Assembly: GCA_944391725.1 (NCBI GenBank)
Contig: CALXUQ010000003.1
Span: 1-55,471, forward strand
DNA from: an uncultured Alphaproteobacteria bacterium
GTDB lineage: Bacteria; Pseudomonadota; Alphaproteobacteria; RF32; CAG-239
DNA length: 55,471 bases
Direction: 5' to 3'
Below are positions 35,980 through 45,343 of this stretch, piece by piece. A model generated the notes under the pieces. That model worked only from the letters and a program-made list of their open reading frames with translations. It had not been told where the DNA came from and searched no databases. Position numbers and translations under genes: made by a program. Within the stretch, counting starts at the first letter, position 1, and the number at the start of each line of letters is the position of its first letter.

Positions 35980-37593
35980 TTAATTGTCGTTTTGATATAG
36001 CCATGCACGGATTACATTGACAGCGGCATCAGGGTTCTTGGCCACCAAGTCGTTAATCTTCTTCAGGGAAGAAACCTTAACTCGACCATCAACCTTATTG
36101 AGGTTTATCAGCTCATCGAGGCCGCTATCGTCCTCATTTAAGAAATTAGACAAGAGCAAGTTCTCTTCCTCAGCATTGTCGCCCAAAAGACGGGTGTCAT
36201 TGCCGCTGCCGCTGTCAAAGGCATTGTTAATCAGCGGACGGATAACTAATAAGATAACCAAAATGGCAACAATTGCAACTCCCAGACCCTCAAGCATACG
36301 CATTATCTCTTCTTTGGTGAAGCCAAAGAACATGGTGGCTTCTACTACCTCGGGCGCATTGTCAATGCTGACAAACTTCATGTTCTCAACTTCAATCATA
36401 TCTCCACGGTTGGCATCATAACCAACGGCCGATTTGACCAGAGAGGTCAGTTGCTCCATTTCTTCTTTGGTGCGATCGCGATAGACCAACTCTCCGGCCT
36501 CATTCTTATCATACACGCCATCGACCATAACTGCAACCGTTAAACGTTTGATGATGCCGCTGTTGCGAACTTTGTTTCTGACAACTTTGGAAATTTCGTA
36601 ATTGATAGTTTCTTCAACTCGCGAATTTTGCGAGAAGTTCTCGTTTCCGCCTAAGACATTATCCCCGTTGGGAATGTTTTGGGCCACAGTGACGGCTTTT
36701 TCACCATCACGCGAAGTGCCCTCCTCGGTTACCGAGGCTTGAGAACGAACAACCTGACTATCGGGGTCATAAATTTCCTCATTGGTCACAACCTGATCAA
36801 AGTCCATCTCAATATTAACCTGTGCTCGAACCTTGCCGGGGCCAATGGTCTTTTCCAACAAGGTCTGAATCGAGTTGGCCATTTTGCGCTCTTGCTCTTG
36901 GCGTATCAGCTCATTGTTGGTGTTGTTCAGGGTTTGCTCATCGTCATAGTTGTTGGTGAGCAAATTGCCGGCCGCATCTACTATCGCCACATTCTTAACA
37001 TCTAATTTCGGAACGGCGGCAGCAACCAGCTTTTGAATCGATAAGATACTTTGTGCACTTAACTTGCCATGATAAGTTTTAATCACAACCGATGCGCTCG
37101 GAGCTTGTTCTTCTCGGGAGAACATTTCTCTTTTGGGCATCACCAAATGGACACGGGCACTCTTAATATTATCGACTGAACGAATCGTCCGCGCCAGCTC
37201 TCCTTCCAAAGCTCTGACCAAGTTGACATTTTGAACAAAATTGGTGCTACCTAAGGCATCGGCATTGTCAAAAATCTCATAGCCGACATTGGAACCTTTA
37301 GAAGCTAACGCAAGCTCCGCGGTATCGACCCGCATTTTGTTGACCATGTCTTTGGGAACCAAAATCTCAGTGCCGTTCTTGGCTAATTTATATTTAACAT
37401 TGGCAGATTCCAGCTTGGAGACAATTTGCTTGGCATCTTCAAGCTCTAAGTCCGTGTACAAAACACCATACTCCGAGCGCCCCATTTGCATGGCAATATA
37501 GATAAAAAAGCTGATTAGAAAAATAAAAATAGCCACAAGCGAGGCCAACCGCCCGGGTGACAAATTTTTGATGCTTTGCAAAAAGTTATTCAC
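35980..37593 (-). CDS. fliF: Flagellar MS-ring protein FliF
   Basis: GYEIFD, RALEGELARTI, ARVHLVMP, NYEISK, RLTVAVMVDG; start GTG 37593 or TTG 37605. Confidence 0.96.
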   Translation of the reverse strand: MNNFLQSIKNLSPGRLASLVAIFIFLISFFIYIAMQMGRSEYGVLYTDLELEDAKQIVSKLESANVKYKLAKNGTEILVPKDMVNKMRVDTAELALASKGSNVGYEIFDNADALGSTNFVQNVNLVRALEGELARTIRSVDNIKSARVHLVMPKREMFSREEQAPSASVVIKTYHGKLSAQSILSIQKLVAAAVPKLDVKNVAIVDAAGNLLTNNYDDEQTLNNTNNELIRQEQERKMANSIQTLLEKTIGPGKVRAQVNIEMDFDQVVTNEEIYDPDSQVVRSQASVTEEGTSRDGEKAVTVAQNIPNGDNVLGGNENFSQNSRVEETINYEISKVVRNKVRNSGIIKRLTVAVMVDGVYDKNEAGELVYRDRTKEEMEQLTSLVKSAVGYDANRGDMIEVENMKFVSIDNAPEVVEATMFFGFTKEEIMRMLEGLGVAIVAILVILLVIRPLINNAFDSGSGNDTRLLGDNAEEENLLLSNFLNEDDSGLDELINLNKVDGRVKVSSLKKINDLVAKNPDAAVNVIRAWLYQNDN

Positions 37594-37720
37594 GAGATTC
37601 CCCAATCTGTAAATTATATTAAAAATTTCCCCGAAATTATGATTAACGCAAAAATCAATTTTAGGGAAACATAAAAAAACACATATTCACAGCCTGTTTT
37701 GCAACCACCTATATTGACTT

Positions 37721-37753
37721 AAAAAAATGCCCCGGAAATTTCTGCTCCGGGGC
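37721..37753 (-). terminator. Intrinsic terminator after flgE
   Basis: GCCCCGG/CCGGGGC stem (37729-37753) followed by a T-run on the minus strand. Confidence 0.7.
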
Positions 37754-37784
37754 GACTTTAGGATACGGATTTTTTAGTATACTA

Positions 37785-40019
37785 CTAGCTCATCCGGGTT
37801 AACTCGTCGAGCATTTCATCTGCTGTGGTGATAATCTTGGTGGCAGCAGAATAGGCTCGTTGGGTTACAATCATGTTGGAGAACTCCGTTGCCAAGTCTA
37901 CGGTTGATTGCTCGACCGAGCTGGCGGCAATCTCTCCGGCACCGTTGGTTCCCGGGCGTTTTAACAAAGCCTCGCCGGAGTAGTCGGTCTCAATCCAGGC
38001 ATTACCGGTTAGAGCTTCCAAACCATTGGCGTTGGCAAAGGTGGCAAGCGGCAGAATGGCAATCGGACGGGTTTCGCCGTTATCAAACAAAGCCGTAACC
38101 ACACCATCATCACTGACGCTCACACCTGAGTAGCTACCAAATTTGGCGCCATCTTGGGTGATATAGTTGGTGGTGAAATCGCCTGAAAGGCTGGTCAAAC
38201 CATCGTTCGTACCGATATTGCCGGCATTTAAGGTGATGGTAGTACCTTGCTTATAGCCACCATCCATGTTTTGAGCACCGTTGGCCCATTGGATAGCTGC
38301 CTCGTCGACAAAGAAGTACTTTGGCGTACCATCAGCATTGAAACGCACTGAAGGTACGATGGAGCCGGTTTCTATCTCGTTGTCATTAACATTAAAAGTA
38401 TTAGACAGAGTATATTGGGCTCCATTGGTGATGTCGTTCCAACCAGGTGTATCAGCATGTGATGAGCGAATCCGACCGCCAATAGCATTGTTTTTAATAT
38501 TATTGATGCTAAGATTGATATCTGGACCGGTAGAGCTCGGCAAAATCTCTATACTGCTGCCGCTTGCGGTGAACCTTTCAGGTTCTACGCTATCATTCTT
38601 AAGACGTCTGACAATCAAGTCTGCAACAGTGGCAGCCGGATTTACATCGCCATCAAAAGCTGAGCTGATGTCGATGTTGTCGCCGCCGCCTCCGCCATTT
38701 ACCAAGGTGTAAGTTTTGTCGCCGACGGTGATGGTGGTGCCTTCATAATCGGCAAGTTCATCTCCGCTAAAATCAATACGGGCGCAGTTTTTGATATCCT
38801 CATCAATAGATGGAATTTCAAAAATACCTGTGGCAATGCCGGTTTCGGTATTGGGGTTGGCCGCACTTTGGACGCAGGCAAGAGTTTTGCTGGCATTAAT
38901 TGTTAAGGCTTCACCAGAAATCGACTGAACAATCTCAATTTTGTTGCCATTGACGCTAAAGCGGTTGGCTCCGGGCATATTGGCCTTTAGAGATTCTAAG
39001 AACTTGTTAGCAAAATCGCTGGCAGAGGCTATACCTGTCGATATATCAACACCAATATTGTCACCTTGTGGACGTGCTCCTGCTGTGCTCAAAAATTCGA
39101 ATGTATAGTCTTTGCCTCCGCTGGTAATGGTGATGGTTGAGCCATTGGAAGGAATGCTAGTAAATTCTAATTGGCCGGCAGCATAATATACATCGCTTAC
39201 GGTGTCGCCATGTGTCTCTCTGGAGCCTGACAAAACAATGTTAGATGCTCCGGAAGGAAGTGAAGCAGACAAGCCCCAACCGTTAGACGACTCTTTAGTA
39301 TAGGTTAGGCTCAAGTTGCTGGCATTGCCCAAGCTGTCATAAATCAGGGCCGAAACCGAGTGACGACCGCCTGCTTCCGGATTTGATGCATTGAAAATTG
39401 GGTCTCCAGAGGGCAAGTTGGCGCCAAAGTTGATTTGTTTGGTGGCTGTGGCAGTTCCGCCAATCGTGTTCAAATTAATCGGGCGGAGGTTGCGGCTATC
39501 AACAATATTATCATTAATGTAAACCACATCACCGTTGGTGTCATAGTAGGCTTTCATGTAGTCAATACCGTTGATATTAACAACTGTGGCATTGGGGTTT
39601 TTGTCCCAGGGCAGCAATGACCAACCTTGGGCATAGAAACCGCCGGTGTTTTTCAGGTAGCCGTTGTTGTCAATATCAAAGTCGCCGGCGCGGGTATATG
39701 CCCACAGGTCACCTTCTCCGGGGTTGGCCGCTTGGTTAACTACAAAGTAGCCCTGACCGCTAATGGCCAAAGAAGTGGAAGATGAAACCGATGCCAACAA
39801 GCCTTGAACGTTAATGCCTTGTTTGGCCGAAGGCTGTACACCACCGGGGGAATATCTTGATGATGTGGTTTGTTTGGTCACCAAAGTCTGAAACGAGGTA
39901 TTGGCTCCCTTGTAGCCGACGGTGTTAACGTTGACGATATTATCAGAGATGGCACCCATCGCGCTAGACTGAGCGGCCAATCCTGAAATACCTGACTGCA
40001 TTGCACCAAAAATACTCAT
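37785..40019 (-). CDS. flgE: Flagellar hook protein FlgE, enlarged (744 aa)
   Basis: SDNIVNVNTVGYK, YTRAGDF, C-terminal VEQSTVDLATEFSNMIVTQRAYSA; follows flgD. Confidence 0.95.
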   Translation of the reverse strand: MSIFGAMQSGISGLAAQSSAMGAISDNIVNVNTVGYKGANTSFQTLVTKQTTSSRYSPGGVQPSAKQGINVQGLLASVSSSTSLAISGQGYFVVNQAANPGEGDLWAYTRAGDFDIDNNGYLKNTGGFYAQGWSLLPWDKNPNATVVNINGIDYMKAYYDTNGDVVYINDNIVDSRNLRPINLNTIGGTATATKQINFGANLPSGDPIFNASNPEAGGRHSVSALIYDSLGNASNLSLTYTKESSNGWGLSASLPSGASNIVLSGSRETHGDTVSDVYYAAGQLEFTSIPSNGSTITITSGGKDYTFEFLSTAGARPQGDNIGVDISTGIASASDFANKFLESLKANMPGANRFSVNGNKIEIVQSISGEALTINASKTLACVQSAANPNTETGIATGIFEIPSIDEDIKNCARIDFSGDELADYEGTTITVGDKTYTLVNGGGGGDNIDISSAFDGDVNPAATVADLIVRRLKNDSVEPERFTASGSSIEILPSSTGPDINLSINNIKNNAIGGRIRSSHADTPGWNDITNGAQYTLSNTFNVNDNEIETGSIVPSVRFNADGTPKYFFVDEAAIQWANGAQNMDGGYKQGTTITLNAGNIGTNDGLTSLSGDFTTNYITQDGAKFGSYSGVSVSDDGVVTALFDNGETRPIAILPLATFANANGLEALTGNAWIETDYSGEALLKRPGTNGAGEIAASSVEQSTVDLATEFSNMIVTQRAYSAATKIITTADEMLDELTRMS

Positions 40020-40069
40020 TTTTTTTCTCCTAAAGTCTTATCTTAATTAATTATATTTGGAAGGCTCGG

Positions 40070-40861
40070 CTAAACTGATTGTGTTTCGCTATCACTTCCA
40101 GTTTCGCCATCGGCATCGCTATCGCTGCCGCTATCATCATTACCGGTATCTTCGCCTCCGGAAGAATCCGATACTTTGTCAAAATAGTCATCATTGCGAA
40201 TCGTCACAATGTCGCCCAAAGATGCGGTTACCGAATCACCTAAGCCGACATAAACATTGTTTTCATCGCTGGCTACACCGGTGACTTTACCAAACACCGT
40301 GGTCATGACACTGGCATTGGTTTCGCCGCTCGGAACTTTGGTCGAAACGGAAATTTGATAAGCGCCGTCTTCAAGTTGGTTGCCGTTAGAATCCTTACCG
40401 TTCCAGGTAAACTCATGAGTTCCGGAGGTGATTTTTCCTTGTTCGGAATATACCACCTTGCCGTTCATATCCTTAACGGTAATGGTAACGGCAGTTACAT
40501 CTTTATCCAAAGTATAGGTGGCTTTGGCTTTGCCGTTTTCAAGCGGCATCACGTCGCCTAAGACCTGAACGGTTTTGCCAATATAGGAAACGGCTTGTGC
40601 TCCCAAATTAGCAATATTTAAGGACAAAAGCGTATCTAGCTTCTCGTTGGTCTGAATGGACTGCTCAACGCTTGAATATTGCACCAACTGGTTGGTAAAT
40701 TCGGCCGTGTCCATCGGGTCCATCGGATCTTGGTATTTGAGTTGCGTGGTGAGCAGGGTCAAAAAGGTGTTCATATCGGCCGACAAGGTTTGGCGGCTCG
40801 AATTGTCACTACCTGTGTTGCTTTGGGTATAACCGGTAAGGCTGCTGATGTCTGTGGTCAT
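40070..40861 (-). CDS. flgD: Hook capping protein FlgD
   Basis: FLTLLTTQLKYQDPMDPMD..EFTNQLVQYSSVEQ, FTWNGKD. Confidence 0.96.
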   Translation of the reverse strand: MTTDISSLTGYTQSNTGSDNSSRQTLSADMNTFLTLLTTQLKYQDPMDPMDTAEFTNQLVQYSSVEQSIQTNEKLDTLLSLNIANLGAQAVSYIGKTVQVLGDVMPLENGKAKATYTLDKDVTAVTITVKDMNGKVVYSEQGKITSGTHEFTWNGKDSNGNQLEDGAYQISVSTKVPSGETNASVMTTVFGKVTGVASDENNVYVGLGDSVTASLGDIVTIRNDDYFDKVSDSSGGEDTGNDDSGSDSDADGETGSDSETQSV

Positions 40862-40881
40862 CTCTCGTACTCCTTAATAGT

Positions 40882-42624
40882 TTATACTCTAATGTTAAGT
40901 GCGGATTTACCATCCCAAGCGATTTCGGATAAAGGAAGGTTGTCATTTCCGCTGTCTTGTTCAAAAATGTTGCCCATAAACTGCCGCAAGCCGTTTTCTT
41001 CTTCGCGTTGTTGTTGCCATGCTTGGCTGTTGTCGTTATAAGCAAAGCTCAAGCTGTTGTCATCGGTTTGGAAACCGGCATCGGCAAAGGCTTTTTGCAA
41101 AATTTGCATATCTTTTTGCAGAATTTCCATGGTTTCGGGACGGCTGGCAATGATATGCGCGTGCAATTTGCCGTCTTTGCTAAGCTGCATTTTAATTTCA
41201 ATATGTCCTAAATCTTCCGGTTTGAGGCTAATGTCAATTTTATCTACCCCTTTTACCGCGGATTTGGTTATATTGACTTTTACTTGGTCGATAACTTCTT
41301 TGCTCATGCCTTTTAAGCTTTCTTCCAGCGGAGATTTCATCTCAGTGCGCGGAAGACCTTGGGCTTGGCGAGCGGCGCCGTTGCCAACCGTTGAAGCGGC
41401 AACCACCACACCGTCAACCACTGCAGAATTGCCTTGTGAGGCAGCGGCGCTGACGTTTTCGACCATAGTTTGAATAACTGCCGCTTGCGGTACTGCTGTT
41501 CCTTGGGGAAAGGAAACATTTGGGGAAGTGGTGTTGCTACCGGCGGCGGCAGTCGGGGAAACTTGTGCAGTGTGCAGAGATTTGGGAGAATCTACACTGC
41601 TTTCAGCTGTTTCTTGGAGCGAAAGCGAGTTGGCAACCATATCCTGACGACTACGGTAGGAAATTTTTTCCTCATTGTTCTTAATCGTTACATCTAGTTT
41701 AACTTTTTTGTCTTCGGCAACTTGAATCTCTGCCTCAACCTCACCTTTAGCATCTTCTAAAAGCTCAGTTGTGTTGTCTTCTTGTCCGGAAGAAACAGCC
41801 TTCTTGGCGGCGGTGATATTCTCTTTGCTGACCAGTTCAACATTTTCTTCGCCAACGGCCTGAGGAGCGGCAACTTCTTCGGGGCTGACCATGGTCAGTT
41901 CACTAATGTCAATACCATCTTCTGCTGCAGTGCTAAGCGCGGTCATTTTTTCCAAAGATACCGGATTGCCTTCCATATCGGTAATATCTGCCAAATTTAC
42001 GGTGCTGATTTCTCCGCTCTCCATTGCGGCGGCAAGCTCAGCTCCGGTGGTGGCAACAAAATTGTTGCTTTTAGCGTCAAAGTACATAATCTCGCCCAAA
42101 TTTTTAACATCGGCCGCAGTTAATTGGGTCGGCAAATTTTGCCGTGGGGATTCTGCAGGCATATTAACTTTAGCTTCGGGAGCATTGGAGATATCTGCCG
42201 TTTGCGGAGCCAACTCAGCCTCAGTGTTTTCCATCGTCGGAGCATCTTCGCTAACTTGACGAGGAGCCTCGGCGGCAGCCGGAGCTTCAACAGGTTCAGA
42301 AGCAGTCCGTGGCTCGGTTTGGGTCGGCGTCGACACAACATCTTCTTTTACATCATCTTTTCTTTTGTTATCTTTGCGAGGTTTGCTTTCGACAACATCG
42401 GAAGCAGTGCTTTCCGCCGGACGCGCACTGTCTGATAATTTGGTGTCGGCACTTTTGTCAGCCAAAGTCACGGCGTTTTGGCCGCTAAAGTCAATTGAAG
42501 TCATGCCAAAATCTTGCTTTTTGGACGCAACCAAACTCGAAAAATCAAGCGCGCTCACTGCGGCATTGTTCTTCTTTAGCAGGGCCAGCGGGTTGTTCTG
42601 GGTATTTACGTCTTTAACTTCCAT
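40882..42624 (-). CDS. fliK: Hook-length control protein FliK
   Basis: Long low-complexity A/S/T/E-rich N-terminus; ISLKPEDLGHIEIKM and ALNIRV C-terminal signature; upstream of flgD. Confidence 0.9.
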   Translation of the reverse strand: MEVKDVNTQNNPLALLKKNNAAVSALDFSSLVASKKQDFGMTSIDFSGQNAVTLADKSADTKLSDSARPAESTASDVVESKPRKDNKRKDDVKEDVVSTPTQTEPRTASEPVEAPAAAEAPRQVSEDAPTMENTEAELAPQTADISNAPEAKVNMPAESPRQNLPTQLTAADVKNLGEIMYFDAKSNNFVATTGAELAAAMESGEISTVNLADITDMEGNPVSLEKMTALSTAAEDGIDISELTMVSPEEVAAPQAVGEENVELVSKENITAAKKAVSSGQEDNTTELLEDAKGEVEAEIQVAEDKKVKLDVTIKNNEEKISYRSRQDMVANSLSLQETAESSVDSPKSLHTAQVSPTAAAGSNTTSPNVSFPQGTAVPQAAVIQTMVENVSAAASQGNSAVVDGVVVAASTVGNGAARQAQGLPRTEMKSPLEESLKGMSKEVIDQVKVNITKSAVKGVDKIDISLKPEDLGHIEIKMQLSKDGKLHAHIIASRPETMEILQKDMQILQKAFADAGFQTDDNSLSFAYNDNSQAWQQQREEENGLRQFMGNIFEQDSGNDNLPLSEIAWDGKSALNIRV

Positions 42625-42662
42625 CGTTGTCTCACCTATAAAAGTTCACCTGGAACTATATA

Positions 42663-42679
42663 TGCAAACAGCGTGCCAA
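42663..42679 (-). promoter_or_regulatory. Sigma54 -24/-12 promoter for fliK-flgD-flgE
   Basis: Minus strand TTGGCACGCTGTTTGCA with exact GG-N10-GC spacing; flbD activator is in the window. Confidence 0.88.
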
Positions 42680-42705
42680 TTTTTGTGCTTCAAAATAATG
42701 ATAAT

Positions 42706-42737
42706 AAAAAAAGTGCCTTACTCGGGGTGAGGCACTT
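42706..42737 (-). terminator. Intrinsic terminator after flaF
   Basis: AAGTGCCTTA/TGAGGCACTT stem followed by a T-run on the minus strand. Confidence 0.75.
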
Positions 42738-42762
42738 ACTTATATATATAAATGTGTTTTAA

Positions 42763-43149
42763 TTAGGATTGAGGATTTTCCTCCGGAGCTTCATGCGCGT
42801 TAAGACCTTTGGCAATATTCATATTTATATCTATCAAAACACCTAAACTCTCGGGCTTGGGGTCTATCATGATTGAGACCGTGCGTTTGAAAATAAAAAT
42901 ACCAAGGTTAATGATGTTGGCACGAACCTCTTGCGGCTGAGGACAATTTTGCTCTTGCATGGCAGAAACAATGATTGTCCATAATTTGCGGTTTTTCTCT
43001 AAAGCAGCATCAAGCTCATTTTTTTTAGAATCCCAATTTTCTTTGATGATATTTAAGGCGGAGGCCGTACGTATCAGGGCTCTGCTCTCTAATTCAATTT
43101 GGCTAAGTGAGCTGACTTCATTGTGGGAATATTGCTGTAAATTATCCAT
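42763..43149 (-). CDS. flaF: Flagellar biosynthesis regulator FlaF
   Basis: ELESRALIRTA..L, ALEKNRKLWT, PQEVRANIINLGIFI, LIDINMNIAKGL. Confidence 0.9.
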   Translation of the reverse strand: MDNLQQYSHNEVSSLSQIELESRALIRTASALNIIKENWDSKKNELDAALEKNRKLWTIIVSAMQEQNCPQPQEVRANIINLGIFIFKRTVSIMIDPKPESLGVLIDINMNIAKGLNAHEAPEENPQS

Positions 43150-43260
43150 CTTGACCTTTCTAACTATGCAAATTAAAATCTTTTTTAATAATACTATGCT
43201 AAATTGATTAAGATTGTAATAATATTATCACATTTTCTTATTTTTTTAAAGGGTGATTGC

Positions 43261-44115
43261 ATGAACTGCTGGAAAAAAATTTTGATGCTACTGTTTTTGG
43301 GGCTGTTGGGGCCGCAAAATGCTTGGGCCGTGGTCGATTTTACGCCCGACAAAAACAAAACTGACATTCGTTATACCAGTTTTATGGATTATCCGCCTTT
43401 TGGGGTATATACCATTCGTGATCTAGGATTTGGTCAGAGCCGCAATGAATATGCAACAATTTTTCATGAGCTGATTGAAGATTTTTTTAAGAACAGTTCA
43501 ATGCGCTCCGAATTTGTCGGAAATACGGATTATTCGGATTTGGTAAGACAAGTGCGTGCCGGTGATATTGATGTGATTTTCGGAATTTATTACGGAACCA
43601 AAATTTATGACGGTCTCGATTATGTGATGCCTGCAATTATTGATAATCCGGTAACCATTATCATGCTGCCCGAAAGAGTGGGTGAGGTCAAACAACTCGC
43701 AGATTTGCAAAAACTTAAGGGGGCTAAGTTCAGCGATGATCGCTTCAGCGATTATGTTAACGGTGAATTTGAAAAATTTAAGTTGCAAACCGAATCTGAT
43801 CCGACCCAAATGTTTAAGAAACTCTACACCAGAGAAATTGATTACATTTTGGCCAGTTATTATCTCGGGGTCATTAAGGCATCTGATCTTGGGTTGCGAG
43901 GCAAACTCAGTTTCTCAAAACAGGCCATTTGGAATATGCCGCTGTTTATCGGCGTTTCGAAAGCCTCGGAATATCATGACTCTCTCATGCGCAGCCTGAT
44001 TGTGTATATCGAGAAAAAAGAAAACCGCGATAAATTTGCCCGCGAACTCCAAGAAATGGTGCGAAAATATGAACAAAAAAGTATGCAAACCGTGCCGCCG
44101 GTTTTTACCGAATGA
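43261..44115 (+). CDS. Periplasmic solute-binding protein, family 3-like
   Basis: Signal peptide ending AWA; DYPPFG, VRAGDIDVIFG, KLYTREIDYIL patterns. Confidence 0.7.
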   Translation: MNCWKKILMLLFLGLLGPQNAWAVVDFTPDKNKTDIRYTSFMDYPPFGVYTIRDLGFGQSRNEYATIFHELIEDFFKNSSMRSEFVGNTDYSDLVRQVRAGDIDVIFGIYYGTKIYDGLDYVMPAIIDNPVTIIMLPERVGEVKQLADLQKLKGAKFSDDRFSDYVNGEFEKFKLQTESDPTQMFKKLYTREIDYILASYYLGVIKASDLGLRGKLSFSKQAIWNMPLFIGVSKASEYHDSLMRSLIVYIEKKENRDKFARELQEMVRKYEQKSMQTVPPVFTE

Positions 44116-44193
44116 TTGGTTTAGAGGCTTGACCTTTAAATTATAGCGACTAAAATTGGCTTATTGAATCTTTGTATAGGAAAGTGCATTAAC

Positions 44194-44859
44194 ATGGTTT
44201 TACTCATACATCATCCCATCTTGCCGCAGTGTCGAAAAATTCGCCTGCAAATGAGCGAAAAGAAAATACTCTTTGTGCTCAAAGAAGAAGAGCCATGGAA
44301 ACTTTCTCCTGATGTGTATAAACTTAATCCGGCCGGAGAAATCCCTATCTTTGTCAGCGACGGACAAGTGATTGCCGGACAATATCCGATTTGTGAATAT
44401 TTAGAGGACATTTCTTCCGAAAATCGACTACTGCCGCCAACTCCGGGGGAAAGAGCCGAATGTCGACGCCTCATGGCTTGGTTTGATGAAAAGTTTTATC
44501 GCGAGGTATATCGAAACATTGCCCAAGAGAAAGTTTTTAAACGCTTTAGTCAAGGTTTGGCTCCGGATTCAAAAATCTTGAAAATCGGTCTTAATAATCT
44601 TAAATTCCATATGGAATATATCGACTGGCTGGCCGAAAGACGCAATTATCTCGGTGGAGCGGAATTTTCTTTGGCTGACATTACGGCGGCGGCTCATCTC
44701 TCGGTGATTGATTATTTGGGCGATGTACCGTGGGAAAATTATCACTATGCCAAGCTGTGGTACTCCAAAATTAAGTCGCGGCCCAGCTTTAAGGATATTT
44801 TGAAAGATTCCGTTAAAGGAATTTTGCCGGCCAAAAATTATGCTAATTTAGATTTTTAG
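44194..44859 (+). CDS. fzlA: GST-fold FtsZ-binding protein FzlA homologue
   Basis: GST fold (LNPAGEIP, SLADITAAAHLSVIDYLGDVPW), WYSKIKSRPSF and terminal NLDF as in the FzlA group. Confidence 0.85.
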   Translation: MVLLIHHPILPQCRKIRLQMSEKKILFVLKEEEPWKLSPDVYKLNPAGEIPIFVSDGQVIAGQYPICEYLEDISSENRLLPPTPGERAECRRLMAWFDEKFYREVYRNIAQEKVFKRFSQGLAPDSKILKIGLNNLKFHMEYIDWLAERRNYLGGAEFSLADITAAAHLSVIDYLGDVPWENYHYAKLWYSKIKSRPSFKDILKDSVKGILPAKNYANLDF

Positions 44860-44869
44860 AGATTGCATC

Positions 44870-45343
44870 ATGAAACTCGGAAAATTGCTCTTGTGCTTGC
44901 CAATCGTATTCGTAAATGCTTGTACTTCTGTATATGAAGACAAAGCGCAAGGCCAGATTGTGTATCACTGGGAGAGGCCCAGAACCGGTGTCATCAAATT
45001 TTCACGCGATCATTCCGAGTGCTTGCGTGAGGCCGAAAACTGGACCTGGACACCGGATATAAACAGTTGGTTCTACTCCGAAGAGGCTAAGCTCAATATT
45101 CGTGCCGACTGGCATGCCGAACGCGGGATTTGGGCTACTTACGTGCCATATCCCGGGGCGCAACCCTTAATTGTCAACTCCTTGCGTGATGATGAAAATA
45201 TTAAACCAAAGTCTTATCGCGAATGTATGGAAAAACGCGGCTATGCCCACCGCTTTACCGATATTCCCGAAACCACCAACTTATATATTTATCGTCCGCA
45301 ACGAGTTTTGCAAGACAAGCCTTTCAGCCAAGACGACATATAA
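44870..45343 (+). CDS. Hypothetical lipoprotein
   Basis: Lipobox-like VNAC; W.RP....F.RD...C and YRECMEKRGY cysteine pair. Confidence 0.7.
   Translation: MKLGKLLLCLPIVFVNACTSVYEDKAQGQIVYHWERPRTGVIKFSRDHSECLREAENWTWTPDINSWFYSEEAKLNIRADWHAERGIWATYVPYPGAQPLIVNSLRDDENIKPKSYRECMEKRGYAHRFTDIPETTNLYIYRPQRVLQDKPFSQDDI

Noticed and set aside
37610-37660. CtrA box upstream of fliF
   Set aside because: Only a TTAAC half-site; no TTAA-N7-TTAA with correct spacing. The pair upstream of flaF (43173-43188) is N8.
42917-42934. TTGGCACGAACCTCTTGC inside flaF
   Set aside because: Spacing is GG-N12-GC, and it is antisense within a coding region.
25662-43149. Calling the flagellar region a non-flagellar (injectisome) type III system
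   Set aside because: FlgE, FlgD, FliK, FliG, FlhF/FlhG and FlaF are flagellum-specific, and no secretin or translocon genes are visible.
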